NCBI RefSeq assembly: GCF_001194135.2 | Contig: NC_068981.1 | Coordinates: 68,693,071 to 68,742,541 of the forward strand | DNA from: Octopus bimaculoides | Lineage: Eukaryota | Direction: 5' to 3' | Length of the DNA stretch: 49,471 bases | Part shown: piece by piece, positions 38,411-49,471 of the stretch | How positions within the stretch are numbered: the first letter of the stretch is position 1 | How the letters are laid out: every line of letters starts with the position of its first letter | Program-made: the position numbers and the translations under genes | The notes under the pieces: model-generated | Told to the model about the DNA's origin: nothing | The model's input: only the letters and a program-made list of their open reading frames with translations | The model's database searches: none

Positions 38411-41400
38411 CAGATGTCCTTCAATTAAGTTTGAAGTACATAATTATATACAATTCATCAAATATCTATTCGATGAGGGGTGAGCTAGTAAGCATCATCA
38501 GCAAATAAATAATTGCAATTATTATTTGCAAGTGAGTGTTTTTAAAACTACACATATCTTCAAAAAGCTATATTATTGTGGTCGTGATCTTTATGAAAGA
38601 TTTGTCTTAACCGTATGTAAAAATTAAAAAAAAAACAACATTTAAAAATGAAAATAAAAAAATAAAGATAACTCGTAAGGAGAGTAAACTGAAGCCATAA
38701 CTTCACTTCAAGTACCGCTTTAGAATGTACTCAAAGAATGTTGCCTTAAAACAAATGTGCATAGTTCAGAGTGGATGAAGTGCAGAGACGTAGTGACTCA
38801 TTTCTCTAGAAATAACAGATTTATTAACCCAAGCCATACACTACTGATTGTAAGGCACGTAAAAACATTGGATCACAATATTTACTATATATTTGAAAAC
38901 AGATCGACCTGGTTATCACATAGGACAGAAGCTCAAAACTTTAACAACACAATACATTCTGACGAATTATCAAGATATCTATATTATGGAATATTAAAAA
39001 AATTATTAGCTAAGTATAATACTCATTGCCGTGTGGCATATGAAGAAACATATGCATCCTACACTTTCTAAAATCTATTACTAATGAAAGTGACATTAAA
39101 TCTCATACTGCATATTGCCTCAATGTGCATAATCTTTTTCTGATTTTACCACTACATCAGATATGTTGGTCTCAGCAGAAGTCTCATGCAACAGTCCTCA
39201 CAATGTAGAAGCATTCTCAATAAAGGAAGAAGATCACCCTGTAAAAATACTCATAGATATTTTTCCGAAAGCATCATATATATATAATTATTTTAGTACA
39301 ATATCAGCAGAGTTATGGGCTGCTTGAATTTGAGAGACCAATACAAAGTGTAGGATTTATGGAAAAAATAATGGTCATACTTTTCAAACTAAGTACAAGT
39401 TTGATTTTTCTCTGTTTTTTTGTCATTATTGACGTTTTTTTTCCGTTAACGATTCCTAAATGATTTCATCATGCGTTAATCTCGTAAGCAAACACACACA
39501 AACATTAGGTTTTAAAACGTACCAAGGCTCTTCATTTTCACTTCACCACTACTTCCAAATATCTAAAAATAGCAGATGCGGTATTTAGGTTTTATAACGA
39601 TCAGAATTTAACGTTGTTCTATATAAAAATGTTATATATAAGTGCAACGAGTGTGTCTCACTTATCTATCCAAAGAACGAAGTTTAATATCCTCTTGATT
39701 TATAATCAAATAATCCCTTAACCATGGCCTTATTTCGGGGTTAGCTGAGCCATCTATTATCAGCACCTCTGTCCAACTTGTTATTAATATGGTGAAAGGA
39801 AATAAAGAAAAATAAAATTGAAGATTTGCATCTATCGATCAATGGAGACACAGTTGTAATAATCACATTAAAACTTACAGCCAAGCAGTAAGTTAAAGTT
39901 TTCAATGGGATGCGAAGATATTAGAAGTGAAACGATTTATCTAAACATGAAAGTAGTAGTTTAGAAATGAGGGACAAGCACTACATGAAAGCGGTTTATA
40001 TTGGTTTAGGAAACTTCTATGAAATGATTGAGAAATAGGCCGAGAATTTCACAGGTGCTCTAATAGGTTCCCCTATTTAGATATTGAAGTTTAATGCATA
40101 CTCGGAGAGTATATCTTAGATCTCATCACAGTGCCAGGTTGTATGGACAATATATGCACAGAATATACGTGTTCTAGAAGAATGACTATTTTCTTTTATG
40201 AAGACGATTCGGAGATTTCTTTTGCTACAGCTTTTTATGCCTTACTGTATATTTGTAGAAGAGATTCTTGTAATAAATGTTAGTAAATAATATGTAGGCA
40301 CTTCATTGGATCCGAATCAAATATGATACGAACGATAACTAAAGATGAGTGGGTGTAATGATTGATTTCAAATAAACATATCAGCGCTGGATCTATAGTA
40401 TTAACTTTTCCTTGTACTCCAGCAACCCATTAAATGATATAACACGAAAAGCGATATAATTGTTTATTCTGTATTTCAGAGGATATAATATCTCTTTAGT
40501 ATGTATTACCTTTTGGAAGAGTGCAATAAATATCTAGCAAACGTTTCAAGGGCTTTATAGATTCCTCTTGGTAGCATCATAAGTAAAGGCAAAAAGATTT
40601 TCATTCTACTTATTTCCAATCATCAAAGGAATTTAGTTGGAAATGAGCATCGAAAATCTGTTTCGTTTTGATCAGAAAAAGTTTATTTTAGCAGAAAGCT
40701 AAATCCACATAATCAATTTTCCTCAGCTACATAGGAAATTCATGGTGGAAGATTTATTACAATGATACGTAACAATATTTAATTTTTCCCCTTACATCGT
40801 CAGTTCAAATCGTGCCGGAATCACAAAAATGTGTATGAGTGATGTAGTGATGTCGATTCCAATGTATAGTTTTGTAGCTATTTGCAAAATGTGTTATTAA
40901 AGCATGACATTATCCGTGGTGGTAGATGTACAAAATGCACTAAATTAACTATAACCTTATACAAATACACGGAAACCATTAAAGCTTCTTATGCAATGAA
41001 TGACAACTTAATCTTTTGACTGATGATGTGTGTGTAGACAAACACAGACATCTCAATGGAAAGCAAATGACGTAAATTGAAATTTCCTTCTGCTTTTCCA
41101 AGATTAATGACGTGTACTAATTGATATTGACGTAATTACATAAATAATTATGTTGGCTGAAAATGCCTTCAATTATACACATAGAATTTAAAACAAGAAA
41201 ATTCATTAAAGTCAATTCCGCTGTAGACCAATATGCAGAAGGTGCAATCTTTTGTGGGATCACGAACACAAAGATACATACAAATAATAACATAGAGCGT
41301 TAAACAAATTTGTCTAGATTCAATTAGCCCTCGGCGATAAAACATGGGGTGTTTATTGATATGTATATCATGTTAATTAAGGAATCCGATAACGTTTGCC

Positions 41401-41926
41401 GTCCATACGTATAAGAATAGCCTCAAACGAATGTGAACACTAATAAGATAATTATTTCAGATAAAGAACAACTAATTAAGACATGACAAATGCATAGACA
41501 AACTCATTTGCACATTAAATAAAATCAATAAACAACTGGAAACAGAATATTAACAAATGTTAAGAATGTATTATTAGTCATTTCCACGTAACAATGTGTA
41601 ATGCAAAATATCCTATGGCTACGAATAAAGAATAGGAAATAACGTGAAGCAATAGGACATACTGAAATATCATTATCTTCACCATCTTATTACTTCAAGT
41701 TTTTGTTCTGACATAGGATAAGGACTTAATTATTAAATGTCCAAACAGCACGGGTAATATATCTTATATCAGCACTGTGCTCATTCAGAGTTCATCAACC
41801 GAAGAGCCAACGAAGTAATCAATCATCCAATTTATTGATATCAACGTACCTGTGTCCTCATGTATATCGATACACATACATAAATGCACATATACCTATA
41901 TATGTGCATATATGAATATATACACG

Positions 41927-41957
<31 letters not shown>

Positions 41958-42147
41958 NNNNNNNNNNNNNNNNNNNNNNNNNNNNNNNNNNNNNNNNNNN
42001 NNNNNNNNNNNNNNNNNNNNNNNNNNNNNNNNNNNNNNNNNNNNNNNNNNNNNNNNNNNNNNNNNNNNNNNNNNNNNNNNNNNNNNNNNNNNNNNNNNNN
42101 NNNNNNNNNNNNNNNNNNNNNNNNTATGTATGTATAGATATGTGTTC

Positions 42148-42185
<38 letters not shown>

Positions 42186-42639
42186 GAACACATATCTATA
42201 CATACAAACACATATATATATATATGTACATATATATGTATACGTATGCATATATATGTGTGTTCACATATACGTGTTTATATATAAATATAAATAAACA
42301 TATATACAGACACAGACAGACAGACAGACCGACAGACAGAAACAGAGTGAGAGGGAGTGCGCACAAAAGAGATGACGAGGAAGAGATATCGTTGTACGAT
42401 AACTGATACCATGTAATTGGTGTTATCTATACAAGATATATGTTACGAATTTATTTGATAGCTGAATTGAATACACAATGACGCTTTACAAAAGGATATC
42501 CGATAGGATAAGGCAACTATTGGAAATTAATAAGACTTATGGTACAGTGTTGATCGTTCTCATCACTACTATTTGATACTCGTTAGAAAATATTACGTAG
42601 AAGTCTAACGTGACGTAGTTAAATCATCACAGCCTATCT

Positions 42640-42880
42640 GAACATATTTTTTCCTGTTAAAAATTTATCCAAATTCTGGAAGAAATGATAGTCTGTGAGG
42701 GCAAGATCAGGTGAATATGGTGAATAATAGACAACTCCCAATCCAACTCCTGTAGTTTCCCCAATGCTATTTTTGCGATGTGCGGTCTGGCGTTGTTTTG
42801 CAATAAAATAGGAGTGGGTCTGTTGACTAATCTAGGCATTTGTTTTTGTCCAGTTAGCTGCAGTAAACTTCGGCCGTGAT
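42640..42880 (-). mobile_element. mariner transposase fragment
   Basis: LVNRPTPILLQNNARPHIA...KLQELDWE, then the frameshifted HHIHLILPSQTII (YSPDLALTDYH frame). Confidence 0.88.
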
Positions 42881-43594
42881 TGATGAGCCAGATTTAATGA
42901 AATCCTAACCAGTTACAATGAAGAACTAGATGTGTCAGCTTTCTAACAAAAATAAAGACTGTTAAAATATAATAATGGTGCAAAATGAGCAGCTGTTAAA
43001 ATTTATCATATACCTTACGACAACCTTCCTATACCTTACTACAATCTTGTCGACCTACTAGATCATAAGTACCACGTCACTATTTGAAAATATTACTAGT
43101 TTCATAAATCTTTTAAATAGACAATTTAGTCAGCACACATCTTCAGTAATGCGTAGGCTATTAACAAAATTATGCGAATAAACAGTTAACATATTCATTT
43201 CAATTCTATAATATTCCTGATCAACATCATATATACGCACGCAAATTGTTAAACATATCAACGGCCATACAACACAATATGACTTTAGTACACTTGAAGC
43301 AAAAAAAAAAGGGTTTTGTTTCCCTCTTCGTTTAATTTTACTGAATCCTTTCTTGTGATCCATTGTCTGTTAGTCGGCGCTCAATCTGTCTCTATAAACA
43401 CACTCTCTCACGCATATGCCAGATTTCATACCAAGGTCACTGGTACATATATGGAATTGTTTTTTTTAATTAAAGTATCTATCAAGTTAATGCTTCTTCT
43501 TCTTCTTCTTCTTATGGCAGTGATGCTGAAAGCTGTTCTGCTGCTTGTGGAGATTACGACTTTTGTGGTTTTTGTCTTCTGGATTAAAAAAAAT

Positions 43595-43704
43595 ATATAT
43601 ATATCTTCTTCTTCTTTCTTCTTCTATTTCTTCTTTTCTTCTTCTTCTTCTTCTTCTTCTTCTTCTTCTTCTTCTTCTTCTTCTTCTTCTTCTTCTTCTT
43701 CTTC

Positions 43705-43748
<44 letters not shown>

Positions 43749-43779
43749 GTCATCATCATCATCATCATCGCCATCATCG

Positions 43780-43826
<47 letters not shown>
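43595..43826. repeat. (TTC)n followed by (CAT)n
   Basis: Directly visible. Source of the poly-S/H, poly-L/I and poly-M/R ORFs. Confidence 0.97.
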
Positions 43827-45359
43827 TTGTTTATTTCTTCTTTCTTCCTAAGTTTCTTGCATTTCTCGACGAGTGTTTTCCGTACAATTAGGGCAGAGAA
43901 GCTCATGGTATGCATGCCCAGTTTACACACGCAAATTCATAGGCAAAATATGTATTAAAGACGAATGGATATTTTCACAGCGATAATGCTCTTCTCAGTA
44001 CATAAATCGTTCAGGTAACACGAATGTTTGCACTTCCTGTAGGGATGGTAAGCCTGGTATTATTTTCAAATAGGTTTCAGTACATTTTTCATCATTCCTA
44101 GCGATCCTACAATTACTGGTACGATAGTCGCCTTGAGATGTCACTTATTTTTTTTCAATTTCTCTTAGCAAATCCTTACATTTATTGATCTTGACAAATT
44201 CTTACGCCGCTATATTGTGATCGCAAGGAATGCTCATTTCAATTAATAAACGCATCTTTTTTTGTCTGATCTTTTATAATAATATCCGGATTATTAGCTT
44301 TTGTAGTTTTGTCGTTATGTACGGGGAAGTACATTTCTGGAAAAATGTTGAACAATTTCAGCAACCATGAGAAACAGTTGAAACAAGCGGTATGGCGTGG
44401 TGTCTCTGTAAGTGGAAGTTTGAATTTGTCCCATCCGTCTTGTGGTGTTAGGGTACTTGTAAAACACCGGTATGAATATCAGTTGGGAAAGAATCACGGA
44501 TGTAAATTCAAGGGATGAGAATATTTTGTTCATTGAATCTATGCATCGCCATATATACCAAAATGTACAACTCCGGTATTTAAGATATTTGCTGACAATG
44601 TGTTTGGGTTGGGTTGGAAGCGTGATGCGTTAGAGTGCCTGTAGTGTGCCTGTAGGGTGCCTTGTGTGGAAGTAATTTGAAACTCATGTGTGGTCGTGTA
44701 CGTGTCGGTGTATTCGAGGTTTTATTTGTCAAATATTACTGTACCATATCACATATCAATTTAGGTTGCGGTGAGAAAAAATACTTACGAGGGAAATTCG
44801 GTAAAATTTTGATTCATTCAATCGCACGATTTTCACTGAAAAAAAAAAATCGGATTTTTTGCGTGTAATCAAGTACACTGACATCCTAATATGCTGCAAA
44901 CCCCTTATTTGTGTTTGGAAGGACAGGGGAATGCCGGACTCCCCTCTCCATATCCCGGAATCATTCCGTTGAATGAATCCCAGTGACTACCTAATGTGCT
45001 ACAAAACCCATTTTCGGATCCNNNNNNNNNNNNNNNNNNNNNNNNNNNNNNNNNNNNNNNNNNNNNNNNNNNNNNNNNNNNNNNNNNNNNNNNNNNNNNN
45101 NNNNNNNNNNNNNNNNNNNNNNNNNNNNNNNNNNNNNNNNNNNNNNNNNNNNNNNNNNNNNNNNNNNNNNNNNNNNNNNNNNNNNNNNNNNNNNNNNNNN
45201 NNNNNNNNNNNNNNNNNNNNNNNNNNNNNNNNNNNNNNNNNNNNNNNNNNNNNNNNNNNNNNNNNNNNNNNNNNNNNNNNNNNNNNNNNNNNNNNNNNNN
45301 NNNNNNNNNNNNNNNNNNNNNNNNNNNNNNNNNNNNNNNNNNNNNNNNNNNNNNNNNNN

Positions 45360-45404
<45 letters not shown>

Positions 45405-48171
45405 CTCTCCCATACAAAAACGAAACAAATTTTGGCGCCAGAAATTGCAAAGGAAAATCTATTTTTGGCGCATACATGTTTCATTTTTGTGTGGGGGGAG
45501 GGAGAGAGAGAAGGGAGAGTAAGGGAGAGAGCGAGAAAGAGGGAGAGCGATAGAAAGATGGAGATAGAAAGAAAGAGAGATTGAGTGAGTGGGTGACGCA
45601 GTTTAACTTAAGGTTGAATGTGTAACAATCTATCATAATTATATATATCATCATCATCACCATTATCGTTTAATGTCTGCTTTCCTGCTGGCATGGGTTG
45701 GACGATTTGACTGAGGACTGGCAAACTACGAAAATCTACTCGGGTTTATTATATAAGCTATATCTAGGGATTTTAAGAGGTAGGAAAAAGATATTTTGTT
45801 AATATTTTATATTTACTCCATTTCACACATGCATGCAAAAACTCTAACGTGTTTTTTAAGATGAATTTATCGTCTATCTCTCCACACTTCGTTACCAATA
45901 ACTTCTATAATCTCTGCATCTTCACTTATTCATTTCAAACTTCTTTGAATTTTCAATGTAATGTAATCCACACTCTCTCGAAAATATTTTTCTGCAAAAT
46001 ATTATCTAAAATTATGGGTAAAGTAAGAAACAGCAAAACTATTTTAAAATAGGGGTGGGGGTGAAATTTCCACGGGTTAAACCCCACACCGCCCCGTGTT
46101 CCAGACCCTCAAAAGGGTTTTGTAGCATATTAGAAGGTCACCGGAATTCAGTCGACGAAAAAAAACAAAACATTCCAATGTTTTCGGGTTACAGGGGCAG
46201 TTATCCCCCCTCTTTTTTTCCAAGGTGTTTGCAGCATAATAAGAGGCCAGGGTACTTCATTTCATGCAAAAAATCCGAGTTTTTTTTCTTAATGAAAATC
46301 GTGCGGGTGAAAGAATCAAATAATACCGGAAATTGAAAACTTATATTTATGGTGGATCGTTTAGTTTGCTTAGGCAGATCTGTATTCATGTAGGTAGGAG
46401 TACAGTATATCTTTTTTATATAATTTACATAGATTATATGAGGCAAGAATATTCTGTACGTTCTACTGCATAAAATCAACGATTTGATGTCATTAATGCA
46501 CTGCTGTTACTTCAAAATACATTTATGTCTCATAAGATTTGGATAATAATGGACGATTTGTAGATGTTGAAACAGTTCTTGAAATTACCTTCCTCCCCAC
46601 CCACATTTCTGCATATTTGAAACTCCATTGTGAGACTTAAGCATTGTATCTAACTCAAACGCAATTGTTTCTGTATTACATTGGGCCGTTGGTAGGCATG
46701 AGTCTGTCTTTGAGCAGCCTTTTTCAATCTACCTACTTTTATTTCCTTTATCATTCATGCAAAGCTAAAAGGTTGTAGAATGTTAAAGATCTCCCTCCAT
46801 CTATGCACTTTGGTGAAAATGTTCATCCCCTGAACTAAAAATGATTCTTCAGAAATTTATATGTTAAGGGATAACTTGCGCAAAAAACACATTACCTTAT
46901 TCTAGTGTTTTTGCGACGACACTATTAAAAAATCCTAACTCTGAACGTCGGCAAGCGTCTCAATGCAATACGTCCCTGCAGCCTCCTGGATCTACTCAAT
47001 CGAAGATACGTAATATTAATATATGTCAGATTCATTTTATGTCTGGAAGGTTTTATAGGCACAATTATCTAAGTTTAATTTTCCCTCTTCGAAATTTCCT
47101 CTCACCACAATTTGAGGTATGTATATACATTTTCCCCACCCAACATTCATATATAAAAACCCGAGCGCAGAGAGGCATATATGGAACTACACATGCTTTT
47201 AAATTTAAATTTCCTTGTCATTAACCACACCCACTTAGTTGCCGCCTACACCTACCCGAGAACTTCAACCTATAAGCAAATCCATTGCATACAAGTCATA
47301 CATATTTTAGTATCAGACCAAGAAACATTAAACTAGAAAATCTTATATATGTTCTTGGCTTCTGTCATGGGTGATCAATTCTTTTCTTATAACACACCTT
47401 GCAGGAGTCCGTTGCTTAACTCTCAAATGAAACCAAATGATGATTTGAATATTATGAAACATAGCATTTCATTAATTATAACATACCCACTCTGTTATCT
47501 AATATATGCGTTTCATTTTTCACAGCATACAGGGTAACACAGACATATATGTATATGTAAGTATGTCGTTGTTGCGGAAGCGACAATCCGATTAGTTTCG
47601 CATAGCATTTGAAGTATTTAAACAGCAAACCACAAACAATGGCCATGTATTTACTATTTTACTAGATAACATTTACTATGAAAGAATATAACTTTCTAAC
47701 AACATTTCGCGGCTGGCAAATAATCAACGCTTTTGCCTGTAAGTCGTGAAAAACAGAAAACATATCTTGTCCAAACAAATGTAAAAAGCTAAGCCAATAT
47801 AACAAAATAGAATATATTTCTAATAAATTTCTATAATTGAATAAACAGATTAATTATTAATATATCAGCTACAGTTTATAAACACGCAACAGAATAAATT
47901 CGAATTTAAATAGATATGTACACACAACTCACACAGGTGTGCATATGGATATTCATGTTAGTCAATATCTATATATTTTCTACCTGTTCTCTCTTTCTCT
48001 CTCTCTCATCTATATATTGATATATACACACACACATATATATGCATACAGACACATATAAATATAAACATATATATTTATACACATATTCTATACGTGT
48101 GTATATATATATATCATGAGAGAGAGAGAGAAAGAGGGAGAGAAGGAGAGAAGGAGAGAGATTCATATATG

Positions 48172-48249
<78 letters not shown>

Positions 48250-48584
48250 CGCTTGCGCGTGTTTCATGAGATTGAAGCATATAGACGAAAAGTTAATGTC
48301 ATATTTCCTAAGGTTTCGTTTATAAGTATCAATTAGATTCATGTAGAGATATTAATTACATCACATGTTCAACAAGCAGGTTTCACATCGATATAATGTC
48401 AATAATTTGGACAGCTATTTTTTTCTAAAGACTTTGTTCACACAATGTTTACGTAAAGTCGTCTTGAAATTGTGTATGTTTTACCTATGCTTTATTGAAC
48501 TAAACCACCACATGTGGCTACTGAAAACTACAAACGTACGTAGATGTGTATCTAAGTTTCAAAGTTATATATAAAGTTATATAT

Positions 48585-48586
<2 letters not shown>

Positions 48587-48627
<41 letters not shown>
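48587..48627. repeat. (GATA)n microsatellite
   Basis: Directly visible. Confidence 0.95.
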
Positions 48628-49471
48628 TACACACACACACATATATATATACATACATACACTTATATATACATGCATATACATACATATCTATGTATGT
48701 ATATTCATACCTAGTTATAGTTACCTACATACATACATACACACATACAATGAAATCTGTGTACGGAATGATACGAGATAGCAAAAATAAGTATCAAGAT
48801 CATATAATTATATATTTTAGATATAAATTCGGCCTCAGGAAGGTGATTTACAAAATCAATGCACATATCCGGTGAGAAAAAAAAAACACGTAATATGTGA
48901 ATAATTCCGTTTATTAACGTAGAAAAAAAAACTCTGTTATGTAAGTACAGGAAATGTATTCACCGCCACTCAGTTTCAAAGATCTGACAAAGTAAATTAA
49001 TGACAAACATAATATACATTGTTACTTCACACGAGGAGTTTAAACTCTGTTTAATACCTGATGTTGATTCCTGCATACCTAAAGTGGTATCATATTGGGT
49101 GTGCATTCTATCATTGTGTGAACTGACGGTGTTTTCAAATGAATGATTCCTTCATCATTCACCTGAGGCAGGGCATATTGCAATTTGGATGAAGGATTAC
49201 GCAATGTGTAACGAATGCACTACGTGTGTAAAAAGGTATTGAAACAATTATAGTGAGTTTTAATAAAGAATGACTTTCATTCAATTTTCCCTCATTTATA
49301 TGTATATATGTGTATGCGCGTGCGCGTATGTATTTATGCATATGTGTGTATATGTACATGCGTATTTATGTATCTATGTATGTTTGCTTGTATGTGGGTA
49401 TCCATGCATGTTTGTTTGCGTGTGTGTATATGTGGATGTGTGTATGTATATATATATATATATATATATAT

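Noticed and set aside
43316-43958. Poly-Ser/poly-His and related ORFs
   Set aside because: Translations of (TTC)n and (CAT)n tracts.
7844-45584. Long ORFs in the track that span N-gaps or microsatellites
   Set aside because: Artefacts of X runs and simple repeats.
45990-46340. GC-richer patch with G and C runs (possible TE end or G4)
   Set aside because: No TIR, TSD, ORF motif or convincing four-tract G4 pattern found.

Overview
AT-rich, microsatellite-dense eukaryotic draft sequence with about 13 N-gaps, most next to (TA)n, (CA)n or (GA)n tracts. The SINE and Penelope repeats resemble Octopus repeats as I recall them, so a cephalopod source is an inference. No intact protein-coding gene can be supported. 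Clear mobile elements: a 5'-truncated R4/Dong LINE abutting (TAA)n, a full-length decayed Tc1, a full-length decayed mariner plus a mariner fragment, a Buster/Charlie-type hAT split by a Penelope insertion, two further Penelope GIY-YIG remnants, a 301-bp palindromic MITE and several tRNA-derived SINE copies. Two less obvious signals stand out. (1) Minimal hammerhead ribozyme motifs sit in the Penelope ends; in one insertion the hammerhead is part of a tRNA-like head + (AAT)n + hammerhead module, with an inverted, core-mutated second copy. (2) Many stop- and frameshift-ridden minus-strand segments across the window translate to CUB-domain-like motifs, several with good splice sites. This suggests a large decayed multi-CUB (cubilin/tolloid-like) pseudogene. 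The CUB call is by eye and needs a profile search.
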